DNA of 58,428 nucleotides from an uncultured Eubacteriales bacterium (GTDB taxonomy: Bacteria; Bacillota; Clostridia; TANB77; SIG350). The number at the start of each line of letters is the position of its first letter. Positions within the stretch are counted from its first letter, which is position 1. Under the pieces are notes generated by a model. That model did not search any database, was not told the origin of the DNA, and saw only the letters and a list, made by a program, of their open reading frames with translations. The DNA lies in assembly GCA_964520895.1 (NCBI GenBank), contig CAZFOR010000004.1:1-58428 (forward strand), read 5' to 3'. The translations under genes and the position numbers were made by a program. Shown piece by piece: positions 9,505-20,712 of the stretch.

Positions 9505-10601
9505 ATTCACCTCTATTTTTTGTATATTTAATTTTTGCAATAACCATTAATATTAATGGATATACAAATACGGATGGAATTATATAATAATCTTTTAGCA
9601 CTAGTTGTAAATCAATTGTAGATAAAAGATTTTTAGGTAAAGTAGATATATAAAAAACAACTAGAGCTATAATTATATTTGGTATAATACTTTTTTTCTT
9701 TTTAGTATTAACCAAAATATTATATGAATATACTAATGCATGAAAACATGATACTAATACTAAAAAAGAAATTAATAAAAAGCATAATATAAATGGTATT
9801 TCTGTCCTTTGAAAAAAGGAGTTTAAATTAGTTAAATTTGATAATTCATATAGTGAAAATAGATTGCGTGATATATATGGATATGCAAATATTAATACAT
9901 TTGCTGTTATACATAAAAACATAAAAATAAAGGATGCTATTATATACCATTTTGATACTTTTTTAATTTCTTTTAGATTTTGTAGAAAAGGTACAAAAAC
10001 AAAAAGAAATGTAATTCCAATATATGAAGTTATTCTCTCGATACCGTTTATGAATATGGTATCTAATCCATTACCAAGTATGGGAAACAACCTTTCAAAT
10101 TTAAAAAATTGTGCTGAAAAAGCAAGTGTTAATATTATTACAAAACCACAAATAGGAACAATGTATCCACTTGCTCTAATTATTCCTTCTAAACCACAAA
10201 TACTTCCGTATTACCATTGCAATAACAAAAAAAGACGATATATATATTAAAGGAGATGTATTAAAAAGTAGTATTTTAACTGATTCACTAATTTGTCTTA
10301 AAAATATAAATGTTATTATAAAAAAAAGAGATAAGTACATAAAAACAGTTATTTTGTATAATATTTTTCCGCCTACAAATTTAGAAATGTCAAAGATGTT
10401 TTTACCTGAAAATGGTTTATACAATTTATAAATTATATACATATATATAAACACAATAACAAAAATGTAAATGCTAAGTATGGGACCAGCATTTCCAACA
10501 AGTCTTGCATAGAAAAGTGGAAGGGCTAGAATTAACTGAGCTAAAGTAAAATTAAAAAAATAGCAAAACACACTAAAAACGGATGTGTATTTCAGGTTCA
10601 T
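9476..10601 (-). pseudogene. Spore germination protein Ger(x)B (amino-acid-permease-like), reading frame broken once
   Basis: ORFs 10176..10601 and 9476..10090 lie in different frames and together span about 375 codons. The downstream frame is open back to 10210 (…YGSICGLEGIIRASGYIVPICGF…), so the shift lies in about 10176-10213. Confidence 0.7.
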
Positions 10602-10602
10602 A

Positions 10603-12193
10603 TTATACCTCTTTTCTCTTATCCCATTTTCTACTTATTTTAGGGGATTTGATTTTATCTAATTGGTTTAAAAATGGTGGCCTAAATGAATTAAGCCAAG
10701 GTGGTGATAAAAATATGCCATCTCTAAAAGGTTTTACTTCATATTTGTTATATGATACAAAATATGGTATTCCAAAAGTATATACAGTTGTTAGTAAAAT
10801 AAAATGTATTATTACTCCAAAAAGTATTCCTAAAAAACCGCCAATACTTGCAAGTAAAATATACCCAAATCGTATTAATCTAAAACTTAATGCTAATGAA
10901 TAGTTTGGTGTAGCAAAGGAGCTTATTCCAGTTATAGCAACAATTAATATTAATATTGGACTTACTAATTTTGCATCAACAGTAGCCTGTCCGAAGTAGT
11001 ACTGCACCAACAATACCAAGCGAAGAACCAATAGAACCTGGCATTCTTGTACTAGCTTCTCGTATAAGCTCAAAAGACAGTTCCATTACTAGTATTTCAA
11101 CTAGAAGCGGAAAGGGTATTTGTTCTTTTATCGCAGATATTGAAAATAGCAAATCTGTTGGTAGTAAATAAATATGGTAGCTTGTAAGTGCAATATATAT
11201 TGCAGGTAAAAATAGTGAGAAAAAGTATGCAACTAATCTAATTAATCTTAGAAAATTTGCAAATTGGAACTTTATATTATAGTCTTCACTTGAATGAAAG
11301 AAATCCCAAAATGTAAATGGAACAACAAGTACATTAGGTGAATTATCAACAATAATGCAAATTCTACCTTCTGTTAAATGTGATACTACTTTATCAGGTC
11401 TTTCTGTGCTTAATATTTGTGGTTCAAATAACATTGGGTGGTCTTCTATATAATGTTCTAATTGACCAGAATTTAGCATAAAATCAACACTTATACCTTG
11501 TAATCTTTTGCGTACTTTATCTATAATATTTGGATTTGCTATATTTGAGATATATCCCATAATACATGTTCTTTTATTTTTTTTACCAATATATGTTTTT
11601 TCTAAAATTAAGTTTTCGTTATTTACTAATCTTCTTAAAATAGAAACATTAGATTTCAAGGATTCAACAAAAGATTCATGTGGTCCTTTTACTACTAATT
11701 CATTTACAGGTTTATCTATTGTTCTATGTTCAAATTTTTTTGTATCACAGATATAGCAAGTATTTAATGTGTCAATTAATAAAGCTGAATAACCATAGTT
11801 AATATTTTTAACTATTTCCTCAAATGTGTTTTGCTCTCTAATATTTCCTTGTGATAGTATTTCATTTTTAACAAAATCATATAGTTGAATATTATTATGA
11901 AATTCGGGTTTTTCTAACATTAAAGGTTTTAGTATAAAATTATTAATTGAATCTGAATCAGTTAAACCTTCAACAAATATAAGGAGACAAGCATATTCTT
12001 TGTTATTAAAAGTCATAGAGAAATCTCTGAAAACAATATCAGCATTAAGTTTTATATCATATAATTCTTCTAATATTTTTTTATTCTCAAATACATTTGT
12101 TGAAATATTTTTTTTAAGTAAACTTTGTTTATTTTTACTTTTTTGTTTTTGTTTTAATCTCTTTAATATTTTCATATATGTATTATTAGACAT
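10603..12193 (-). pseudogene. Spore germination protein Ger(x)A, reading frame broken once
   Basis: The GerAA-like N-terminus (DIVFRDF, LIFVEGLTD) continues in ORF 10603..11073 (GQATVDAKLVSPILILIVAITGISSF). The junction reads GGT GCA GTA CTA CTT c GGA CAG GCT, with one extra base near 10991-10996. Confidence 0.7.
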
Positions 12194-12355
12194 TTTTATA
12201 AAAATATGTAAGTTAATAATAAAGATAATATTTAGACGTATATGAATCTTTTTATTAATAAAATTGAATATTATAAGGATATAAAATGTGGTAGTTGACA
12301 AAAAAAATAAATATAATAGTATAAGTATGTAAAATTATAAGGAGGAAAATAGAAT

Positions 12356-13627
12356 ATGAATATAGCGAAAAGAGGAATAAGTCTAATATCAATAATAATA
12401 ACAATAATAATAATAGTGATATTAACAGCAACGGTAATAGTCAATATAACAAGGGAAAATAATATTATAGATAATACAAATGATTCAGTAAAACTACACA
12501 ATATGACGATATATAGAGAAGAATGTATAAGTAATTTAATGAAAAACAATTACAAAGTGGAGAAACATTTGACAAAAATTCATTAAATATTATATATGAT
12601 GAAATGCCAAGTGATACTCAAGAGCAAAAAATAGAAGCATTAGAATTACATTATAATAAATTGCATGAATATGTACCAAGTATAAAAAAGGAAGAAACCA
12701 GTAAATGGGCTATAATAAAAGGTGAACTTAAATATGTTGATATAACAAATGAAAAAGAATTTGAGCTAGCAGCACAATTAGATATGGTGGATTTAACAAA
12801 AGTAATAGGTGGTAAAATAAAGTCAGGCGAATTGCAAGTTGGAGATTATATTAAATACAAAACAGGAACAGGTAATTATACTCTTAAAAAAGAAAAAACT
12901 GGATATGGAACACAAGAATATATGAACTGGTATATTAAAAATTATGGTAAAGAGCCAACAATAGCTTCAGCAGATCAAACATATACATCAATAGGGACAG
13001 AAGAACTATGGAGAGTATTATCAATAAATGGAACACAAGTATCAATAACGAGATCAGAACCATTGAAGATATTGAAGTTATTTGGGAAAACAGGATATAA
13101 TAATGCAATACAAGAGTTAAATAGCTTGTGTAAAATATATAGAAATGACAAATACGCAAAAGAAGCAAGAAGCATAACAATAGAAGATATAAATGAAGTA
13201 ATAGGATAGAATCAGTCAGATATGGAGACATATGGAGGAGGAAGTGGTGTACCAGAAGGATATGGATATACTAAAATATATAATTCGGTAGAGTATAAAA
13301 GTAATTATTATAGGTATTTAGGAACAGATAAAATAAAGGATACAGAAAACAAAAAATATACGATGATATTTAGAAATTCAGGAAATAATAATAACATATC
13401 TTATTGGGTTGCATCTCCATGTTTTAGTGTCGGGACTTCTGTTGCATATTCTCACATTAGAATTGTAGCTGCTCGGAGTGGTAGGAGGATATTATTTGTT
13501 AGATAGTAATGATAATGAAAGAGAAGGCAGTATAGGTATTAGACCAGTGGTCATACTAAGATCAATTATAAACATATCTAAAGGAGAAGGAGAAAACTCA
13601 CAAGAAAATCCATGGGTACTTGAATAA
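12356..13627 (+). pseudogene. Pilin-like (N-terminal hydrophobic segment) secreted protein, broken by two frameshifts and one in-frame TAG
   Basis: Four collinear ORF pieces. The shift between pieces 1 and 2 is at the A5 run 12542-12546. An in-frame TAG lies at 13207-13209. A further shift lies near 13466. The C-terminal tail reads GIRPVVILRS. Confidence 0.6.
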
Positions 13628-13728
13628 AAATTAATTATATTTAAAAGGTATTTTATTACCAAATATATTGCAAATAATGAGCATTTGTGATAAAGTTTGT
13701 GTATAAATATTGAAAGGAATGATAATAG

Positions 13729-14439
13729 ATGAAGAAAGATATAATAGTTATAATAATAGCTGTTCTAGTATTAATTGTAGGCCTTATTGGAATATATTTA
13801 TATAGAAATGCGAACAAAGTAGAGCCTAAATATAGTCATGATGAAATTTTTGCTTTAATTCAAAAAGGATTAACTAATATGAATAATATATATGCTGAAA
13901 GAACTTCTCTAGATACAAGTAGATGGGAATCAAATAAAGCATGGTATTTAAATGGAAAGTATAAAATTGAGACTGATAAAACAGTTAGAATTATAAATTT
14001 AAGTGAAAATAAAATGTATATATGGGAAAAAAATAATAATTTGGATAAAGTTATAGAAACACAAGTAGATACAATAAAGTATGTTAATGATGAAGGATAT
14101 GCTGGAATAATGAATAGAAATAGAGTAACTAAAAATGAAACAATAGAGTTTAGATATATGGGTGAAGAAATATGCCAGGGAAAAGATTGTATAAAATTTA
14201 AAACTATTGTTAGCAATTCATTTACTGGTAGCTTGATTGATTATGGTGAAGCATATTGGATAGATAAAGAGTCCGGATTAATATTAGGATATGGTGTAGA
14301 ACCATTAGAATCTAATGAGATAGTAAAAATTTATGAATATACTAATATAAGTATTGGAACTTTAACTGAAGAAGATTTTAAATTACCAGAAGATAGAGTT
14401 GTATCAAAAGTTGACTTAGTTAAACCAAGTGAAAATTAA
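13729..14439 (+). CDS. Hypothetical membrane-anchored or secreted protein
   Basis: N-terminal TM helix (IIVIIIAVLVLIVGLIGIYLY). No motif recognised. RBS GAAAGGAATG upstream. Confidence 0.5.
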   Translation: MKKDIIVIIIAVLVLIVGLIGIYLYRNANKVEPKYSHDEIFALIQKGLTNMNNIYAERTSLDTSRWESNKAWYLNGKYKIETDKTVRIINLSENKMYIWEKNNNLDKVIETQVDTIKYVNDEGYAGIMNRNRVTKNETIEFRYMGEEICQGKDCIKFKTIVSNSFTGSLIDYGEAYWIDKESGLILGYGVEPLESNEIVKIYEYTNISIGTLTEEDFKLPEDRVVSKVDLVKPSEN

Positions 14440-14461
14440 TATAAAAAAGGAGTAATTAATT

Positions 14462-14965
14462 ATGGATAATGAAAAGAAGTTAATAATAAAACCTAAGATA
14501 AGTATAAGATATTATTTTATCAGAAACATATGGATGTTTTTAGTATTAGCATTAGTTTTTATACTTGGATTAATAGTAAAAAGTAAATTCGGTACTATGC
14601 CTGAAAGTATGCAAGAGTTTGGTTCACATTTTATAAATATAGTTTGGGGTATATCAACAATTGGAATAATAGTGGCATATTTATATAAAACAATACAAAT
14701 GTATTTGCATACAAGAAGAATAACATATACTTTTTTTGATACATATTTAAGGTTTGAAGATGAGTTTTTAAACAAAAACTCAAAAGATATTAACTATGAT
14801 AAAATTACTGAAATATCTATGTCACAAAGTATATGGGACAGAATGCTACAAACAGGTATTATACATATAAAAACTGCAGTAGAAAGTGATGTTGGTATAT
14901 ATATGCCATATATAGTTAATCCAAAAGAAGTTGTTGAAGATATTAGAGAAGTAATAGGAAAATAG
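14462..14965 (+). CDS. Membrane protein with a bacterial PH (bPH_2/YdbS-like) domain
   Basis: Two TM helices are followed by a YdbS/YdbT-like segment (ITYTFFDTYLRF…INYDKITEISMSQSIWDRMLQTGIIHI). Confidence 0.55.
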   Translation: MDNEKKLIIKPKISIRYYFIRNIWMFLVLALVFILGLIVKSKFGTMPESMQEFGSHFINIVWGISTIGIIVAYLYKTIQMYLHTRRITYTFFDTYLRFEDEFLNKNSKDINYDKITEISMSQSIWDRMLQTGIIHIKTAVESDVGIYMPYIVNPKEVVEDIREVIGK

Positions 14966-14974
14966 GGATGTGTA

Positions 14975-16816
14975 ATGAATAAATTAACAAATAAACAATT
15001 ATTAAAAATACAAAATCCAATAATATATAGTGGAGGAGAATTAAATCAAGTAATTAAAAAACCTGATGATGTTTTAATCAGGTTTGCTTTTTGTTTTCCA
15101 GAAGTATATGAAATTGGTATGTCATATTTAGGTATGAAAATATTATACAATATTTTAAATAATAGGGAAGATACATATTGTGAAAGAGTATTTGCACCTA
15201 GTATGGATATGGAAAAAATAATGAGAGAAAATGATATTGAAATATATGGACTAGAATCAAAAGATAGTATTAGAAATTTTGATTTTGTAGGTTTTACACT
15301 TCAATATGAATTAACATATACTAATATATTAAATATATTAGATCTAGCTCATATACCTATATATAGCAAAGATAGAGATGAAACAATGCCTTTTATATGT
15401 GCTGGTGGTCCATGTGCATATAATCCTGAACCATTAGCACCTTTCATTGATTTTTACATATTAGGTGAAGGTGAAGAGTCTATGAATGAAATAATGGATT
15501 TGTATTCTAAATGGAAAAAGAAAAATGGTAGAGGGGATAGATTAGAGTTTTTAAAAATTGTTGATAAATTAGATTGTGTTTATGTTCCTTGTTTATATTC
15601 TGTGGAATATGACAAAAATGGTGTTATATCAAGTTTTGAGAGAATAGATGGGACTAATAAACATATTAAGAAAAGAGTTATAAAAGATATGGACAAAGTA
15701 TGTTTTCCAGAAAAACCAATTGTTCCATATACTAGTATTATACATGACAGGATAATGTTAGAAATATTTAGGGGTTGTATTAGAGGTTGTAGATTTTGCC
15801 AAGCAGGATACATATATAGACCTGTTAGGGAGAAAAGTGTAGATAGGTTATTAGAACTTGCAAAAGAGAATATAAAAAATACAGGATATAACGAGATATC
15901 TTTGATTTCACTTAGTACAAGTGATTATACTAATTTTGATGATTTAGCAAATAGGTTAATTGAACAAACACAAGACAAAAAAATAAGTATATCTTTACCA
16001 TCACTTAGAATTGATTCGATTAATGAAAAGTTGTTAGATAAAATAAATGGTGTTAGAAAATCTGGATTAACTTTTGCACCAGAAGCGGGAACTCAAAGAC
16101 TTAGAAATGTTATAAATAAAAATGTTACAGAAGAGGATATTTTTAAGGCGTGTGAAATTGCATTTAAAAAAGGTTGGAATGTGGTAAAACTATATTTTAT
16201 GATAGGATTACCTACTGAAACAATGGAAGATATACAAGGAATTGTTGATGTTGCGAATAAGGTTGTGGATAAGTATTTTGAAATTAACAAAGGGAAAAGG
16301 GTTAAAAATGTTAGAGTAACAATAAGTGTATCAACTTTTGTACCAAAACCATTTACAGCATTTCAGAATTGCCCACAAGATAGTAAAGATGTAATAATTA
16401 AAAAATTGGATTATTTAAGAAATCATTTGAAAAGTAGAAATATTTCTTTTAATTGGAATAATCCAGATATAAGTATGTTAGAAGCTTTTATTGCAAGAGG
16501 TAATAGAAAAGTTTCAGATACAATATATGAGGCATGGAAATTAGGTGCTAAATTTGATGGATGGGATGAGCATTTTGATATTGAGAAATGGAGAAAAGCT
16601 TTTGAGTTATCTAGTATTAATCCAGCAGATTATGTTACTAGAACAAGAGATGTAAATGAAATATTACCATGGGAATTTATTGATATAGGTGTTACAAAGA
16701 AGTTTTTGCAAAAGGAATATGAAAAGGCTTTAAAAGAAGAAACTACTCCAAATTGTAGACAGTCTTGTAGTGGCTGTGGTGCAATATGTTTTGAAGGTGG
16801 TGTATGTTTTGAATAA
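14975..16816 (+). CDS. B12-binding-domain radical SAM protein (TIGR03960-type)
   Basis: The CxxxCxxC-type motif CIRGCRFCQAG. At 613 aa it is followed by its usual DUF2344 partner. Confidence 0.8.
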   Translation: MNKLTNKQLLKIQNPIIYSGGELNQVIKKPDDVLIRFAFCFPEVYEIGMSYLGMKILYNILNNREDTYCERVFAPSMDMEKIMRENDIEIYGLESKDSIRNFDFVGFTLQYELTYTNILNILDLAHIPIYSKDRDETMPFICAGGPCAYNPEPLAPFIDFYILGEGEESMNEIMDLYSKWKKKNGRGDRLEFLKIVDKLDCVYVPCLYSVEYDKNGVISSFERIDGTNKHIKKRVIKDMDKVCFPEKPIVPYTSIIHDRIMLEIFRGCIRGCRFCQAGYIYRPVREKSVDRLLELAKENIKNTGYNEISLISLSTSDYTNFDDLANRLIEQTQDKKISISLPSLRIDSINEKLLDKINGVRKSGLTFAPEAGTQRLRNVINKNVTEEDIFKACEIAFKKGWNVVKLYFMIGLPTETMEDIQGIVDVANKVVDKYFEINKGKRVKNVRVTISVSTFVPKPFTAFQNCPQDSKDVIIKKLDYLRNHLKSRNISFNWNNPDISMLEAFIARGNRKVSDTIYEAWKLGAKFDGWDEHFDIEKWRKAFELSSINPADYVTRTRDVNEILPWEFIDIGVTKKFLQKEYEKALKEETTPNCRQSCSGCGAICFEGGVCFE

Positions 16817-17504
16817 AATAAGGTTAAAATATGAAAAAAATGATGAAGTTAAATATTTAGGACATTTAGATACTGTAACTGTATTTGATAGAGTTTTTAG
16901 AAGAAGTGATATTAAAATTAAATTTTCAGAAGGATTTAATCCTAGACCTAATTTTGTTTTTGCACTTCCTTCTGGTTCAGGTCTTATTAGTAAATCAGAA
17001 TATATAGAAATTGAATTAGATGAAGATGAAAAGCATGATATGAAACATATAATTGAAAGTTTAAATACATTACTGCCAATTGGATTTAGAATACTAGAAG
17101 GAAAGTATGTTGATAACAACAAGAGTTTAATGGCAAAGGTTAATTCTTCTAAGTATGAAATAAATGTGTTTTTTAAGGATATAGAAGATAAAGAATATGA
17201 AGATATTTTTGGTAGAATTATAGAAATATTTAATAAAGAAACTATATTAACAAAAAAGAAAACTAAAAAACAGGATAAACAAGAAATGATTGATATTAAA
17301 CCATATATAATGGAGATATCTTTTGATAAAATAACAGATAATAATCTAAAAGGAATATGTATTAACCTATATTCAAAAGCAGGTAGTGTACAAAATTTAA
17401 GACCAGATTATATTATAAAAGTAATAGAGGATAATGAGATAGATATTTATGATTATCAGATAATTAGAAAAGAACTAATTTTAAATGATTATATAAACAA
17501 GTAG
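16809..17504 (+). CDS. Radical-SAM-associated protein (TIGR03936/DUF2344-type)
   Basis: The N-terminus LNKIRLKYEKNDEVKYLGHLD is typical of the family. TTG at 16809 lies 8 nt after AAGGTGG and overlaps the upstream stop. Confidence 0.65.
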   Translation: MNKIRLKYEKNDEVKYLGHLDTVTVFDRVFRRSDIKIKFSEGFNPRPNFVFALPSGSGLISKSEYIEIELDEDEKHDMKHIIESLNTLLPIGFRILEGKYVDNNKSLMAKVNSSKYEINVFFKDIEDKEYEDIFGRIIEIFNKETILTKKKTKKQDKQEMIDIKPYIMEISFDKITDNNLKGICINLYSKAGSVQNLRPDYIIKVIEDNEIDIYDYQIIRKELILNDYINK

Positions 17505-17551
17505 TAATATTTGCTAACATTTATCATATTTATATTATGAGGTGATATAAT

Positions 17552-17956
17552 ATGAAAAAAGATGTTACACAAATAAAAGAGGGAAGTAGATTTAAATATA
17601 TTGTAAAAGGAAGTGTGTTTAGTTATATTTTTACAATATTACTTGTATTTATATATTCAGTTATTTTAGCATATACAAATGTTTCTGATATTACTATTTC
17701 ATCTGTTGTTATAGGTATAATGTGTGTATCAATATTTACTTCATCATGTATGTTTTGCAGACAAATAGGTGCAGATGGGTTGATTAATGGAACAATTATA
17801 TCTATAATATACATAGGAGTAATATATATAGTAAGTAGTTTTTGGAAAACAGGTTTTTACATTGATAAAAATTCTATTTTAATGATTATTACAACAGTTG
17901 TATTAGGTGCAATAGGAGGAATTATTGGGGTTAATCTAAAAAGGGTTACTAGATAA
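17552..17956 (+). CDS. Small integral membrane protein (possibly TIGR04086-type)
   Basis: 134 aa with four predicted hydrophobic helices. RBS GAGGTGA. Confidence 0.45.
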   Translation: MKKDVTQIKEGSRFKYIVKGSVFSYIFTILLVFIYSVILAYTNVSDITISSVVIGIMCVSIFTSSCMFCRQIGADGLINGTIISIIYIGVIYIVSSFWKTGFYIDKNSILMIITTVVLGAIGGIIGVNLKRVTR

Positions 17957-17977
17957 TAATGAGAAAGGAAAGTTAAA

Positions 17978-18637
17978 ATGATTACATTAAAAGAAATAGA
18001 AAATAATGAACTAGTTAAAAGATTTATAATTAATTGTCAGAGGCAATTAGATGAATTAGGATATACTGAACATTCTACTAGACATGCAAAATTTGTGGCA
18101 CTATTAACAGGTGATATTTTAAAAGAATTAGGTTATGATGAGAAAACAGTTAATTTAGGACAGATTGCAGGATATTTACATGATATTGGCAATTCAGTAA
18201 ATAGAGACCAACATCCACTTACAGGAGCGATTTTGGCATATAACACATTGCTACAAATAGGTATGGATAATAATGATGCAGCAGAAATAATGATGGCAAT
18301 TGGTAACCATGATGAAAATAATGGTACACCAGTGACACCAATTTCAGCAGTACTAATATTAGCTGATAAATCTGATGTTCATAAAAGTAGAGTTAGGAAC
18401 AAAAACAAAAATACTTTTGATATACATGATAAAGTAAATTACTCTGTTCAAAAATCAAGATTAATTGCAAATAAAAAAGAGAAAAAAATAACATTATCTC
18501 TTTTAGTTGATACAGAAGTAACTGAGATAATGGATTATTTTGAAATATTTACTTATAGAATGTTGATGTCTAAAAAAGCTGCTAAATTCTTGGGATTAAA
18601 ATTTGAATTGATAATAAATGATAATAGAATAATGTAA
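17978..18637 (+). CDS. HD-domain phosphohydrolase
   Basis: H…HD motif (HSTRHAKFVA … YLHDIGN … GNHDE). Confidence 0.7.
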   Translation: MITLKEIENNELVKRFIINCQRQLDELGYTEHSTRHAKFVALLTGDILKELGYDEKTVNLGQIAGYLHDIGNSVNRDQHPLTGAILAYNTLLQIGMDNNDAAEIMMAIGNHDENNGTPVTPISAVLILADKSDVHKSRVRNKNKNTFDIHDKVNYSVQKSRLIANKKEKKITLSLLVDTEVTEIMDYFEIFTYRMLMSKKAAKFLGLKFELIINDNRIM

Positions 18638-18653
18638 TTTAAGTTAGAGAGCG

Positions 18654-18688
18654 AAAAATGGTATCAAATAAATGATACCATTTTTTTT
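18654..18688. terminator. Bidirectional intrinsic terminator between the HD gene and rpsI
   Basis: AAAAATGGTATCA-N6-TGATACCATTTTT with flanking A and T runs. Confidence 0.7.
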
Positions 18689-18695
18689 ACACAAA

Positions 18696-19106
18696 TTATC
18701 TTTTACTAAATTGTGGTGCTTTTCTAGCTTTTTTAAGACCGTATTTTTTTCTTTCTTTCATACGAGGATCTCTTGTTAAGAATCCAGCTGATTTTAATTG
18801 TGGTCTTAATTCTTCACTTGATTCAACTAATGCTCTAGAAATTCCATGTCTAATTGCACCAGCTTGACCAGTGAAACCTCCACCGATTACTTTAATGTTT
18901 ATATCAAATTTATCAAGAGTATTTGTTAAATTTAATGGTTGTCTTACTATATATTTTAATGTATCTGTTCCAAAGTATTCATCTAATGTTTTGTTATTAA
19001 TAGTAATTTCACCTTTTCCAGTTGTTAATCTTACTCTTGCAATAGATTTTTTTCTTCTTCCAGTACCATAATATTGTACTTTGTTTTTACTCCTTGCTTT
19101 TGGCAT
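18696..19106 (-). CDS. rpsI: 30S ribosomal protein S9
   Basis: [16 protein letters not shown] … [19 protein letters not shown] … [12 protein letters not shown]. Confidence 0.95.
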   Translation of the reverse strand: MPKARSKNKVQYYGTGRRKKSIARVRLTTGKGEITINNKTLDEYFGTDTLKYIVRQPLNLTNTLDKFDINIKVIGGGFTGQAGAIRHGISRALVESSEELRPQLKSAGFLTRDPRMKERKKYGLKKARKAPQFSKR

Positions 19107-19120
19107 TTATATTCCCCTCC

Positions 19121-19555
19121 TTAAAAGTTCCAAATTTCAGGTGCTTGAGCATCATGTCCGTGCTCTGCATCTTTATATACTCTTAGTTTACGTATCATTG
19201 ATCTACCTAAACTGTTTTTTGGAAGCATACCTTTTACAGCTAACATAAATGCTCTTTCAGGTTTACTTGCCATTAAATCTTTTGCTTTTATTTCTTTCAT
19301 GTTTCCAATATAACCAGTATGTCTTCTATAAATTTTTTGTTCCATTTTTTTACCAGTAAAAATTGCTTTACTAGCATTAATTATAATTACATGATCACCA
19401 GTATCTAAATGTGTTGAATAAATAGGTTTATGTTTTCCTTTTAAAAGCTTTGCAGCTTCTGCACTGATTCTACCTACTGGTTTATTTTCAGCATCAATTA
19501 TATACCATTTTCTTGTAATTTCACTTTTCTTTACACTATATGTAGTATTACTCAT
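19121..19555 (-). CDS. rplM: 50S ribosomal protein L13
   Basis: RKWYIIDAENKPVGRISA…GDHVIIINA…YRRHTGYIGN. Confidence 0.95.
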   Translation of the reverse strand: MSNTTYSVKKSEITRKWYIIDAENKPVGRISAEAAKLLKGKHKPIYSTHLDTGDHVIIINASKAIFTGKKMEQKIYRRHTGYIGNMKEIKAKDLMASKPERAFMLAVKGMLPKNSLGRSMIRKLRVYKDAEHGHDAQAPEIWNF

Positions 19556-19569
19556 GATAATACATTCCC

Positions 19570-19659
19570 TCCAATCATTTACTATTATTTGATAATGTCA
19601 CCGGGGCAGGTTAACATTAACTGCCATATAATTTTAATACAATTTGCATTAAAAGTCAA
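19570..19659 (-). promoter_or_regulatory. rplM-rpsI promoter plus a structured 5' leader (possible L13-type autoregulatory leader)
   Basis: On the minus strand: TTGACT, 17-nt spacer, TAAAAT (19631-19659). A GC-rich hairpin GGCAG-N11-CTGCC (19605-19625) then precedes the RBS GGAGGG. Confidence 0.35.
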
Positions 19660-19754
19660 CATAAAACGAAAAAAATATTAGAGATTTGAAAAAATTTTAA
19701 AAATGTAGTAAAATAGATATATGTTAAAATAAAATAATTTGAAAGGATAAATAA

Positions 19755-20171
19755 ATGGAATATAATATGTTTAATCATATATATAATGAAATAGAGGTAA
19801 ATACAATGTCTCCATTGATATGGGCATATATAGGTGATAGTGTATTTGAAATATATATGAGAGAGAAGATGATAGAAAAAGGAATACCTAGTAATACAAA
19901 ATTACATAGGGAGACAACAAAATATGTAAAAGCACAATCACAATCTCAAATGTTAAAAGTATTAAATAGTATTTTGACAGAAGATGAGTTAAATATTGTA
20001 AGAAGAGGTAGAAATGCTAATTCAAATACTATACCTAAAAATGCAGATGTAATGGAGTATAAAAATGCAACTGCATTAGAAGCTTTAATAGGTTACCATT
20101 TCCTAACGGGAAAGTATGATAGGATATTAGAAATAATGGATTATATATATAATAATTTTGAAGTGAAATAG
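19755..20171 (+). CDS. mrnC: Mini-ribonuclease 3
   Basis: 138 aa with the RNase III-like signature LIWAYIGDSVFE and RRGRNA…ATALEALIGY. Confidence 0.8.
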   Translation: MEYNMFNHIYNEIEVNTMSPLIWAYIGDSVFEIYMREKMIEKGIPSNTKLHRETTKYVKAQSQSQMLKVLNSILTEDELNIVRRGRNANSNTIPKNADVMEYKNATALEALIGYHFLTGKYDRILEIMDYIYNNFEVK

Positions 20172-20278
20172 TAGAATAAAAAAAGATTACAAGAAGTCTA
20201 TATAAATATAGATTTCTTTTTTATTGTCTAAATTACATATATATCTGAATTTATACAAATAATATACATGGTGAGAAA

Positions 20279-20560
20279 ATGTTTAGAAAAAAAATAATTA
20301 AACCTAATGAGGTTATCATTAAATTAAACGAGATAATTCAAAGACTAGATGAATATATATTAATTAAAGAGAATAAAAAAAGATTTATATTAGGAAATTT
20401 AATTGCTGGAATTACCAGAGGGTTTGGTATAGCAATAGGTATAATAATTTTTAGTGCTATAACAATTATTATACTAAGAAACCTAGTTACTCTACCAGTA
20501 ATTGGAAAGTATATTGCTGAAATAGTTAATATAGTTGAAGTTTATTTATCACAAATGTAA
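20279..20560 (+). CDS. Small membrane protein (DUF5665-like)
   Basis: 93 aa. GNLIAGITRGFGIAIGIIIFSAITIIIL is a single or double TM segment. Confidence 0.45.
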   Translation: MFRKKIIKPNEVIIKLNEIIQRLDEYILIKENKKRFILGNLIAGITRGFGIAIGIIIFSAITIIILRNLVTLPVIGKYIAEIVNIVEVYLSQM

Positions 20561-20712
20561 ATAATTTAATGAAACACATTATTTTTTATATGAAATTAAA
20601 AAATAAAACAACATATATACGAAAAAACACATTATATATAATTTGTCCAAATTTATATTTTTTATTTGATATAACATAATCAGAACAAAGATATATCGAA
20701 GGAGAAAGATAT

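Noticed and set aside
9864-10903. Plus-strand ORFs 9864-10250 and 10583-10903 opposite the ger genes
   Set aside because: They are antisense shadows of the GerB/GerA membrane domains. The ger reading frames carry the recognisable family similarity.
13207-13209. The in-frame TAG as pyrrolysine or programmed read-through
   Set aside because: TAG is used as the ordinary stop of dnaE and the gltD-like gene in this window. No pyl genes or a PYLIS-like context are present. The same gene also carries two frameshifts.
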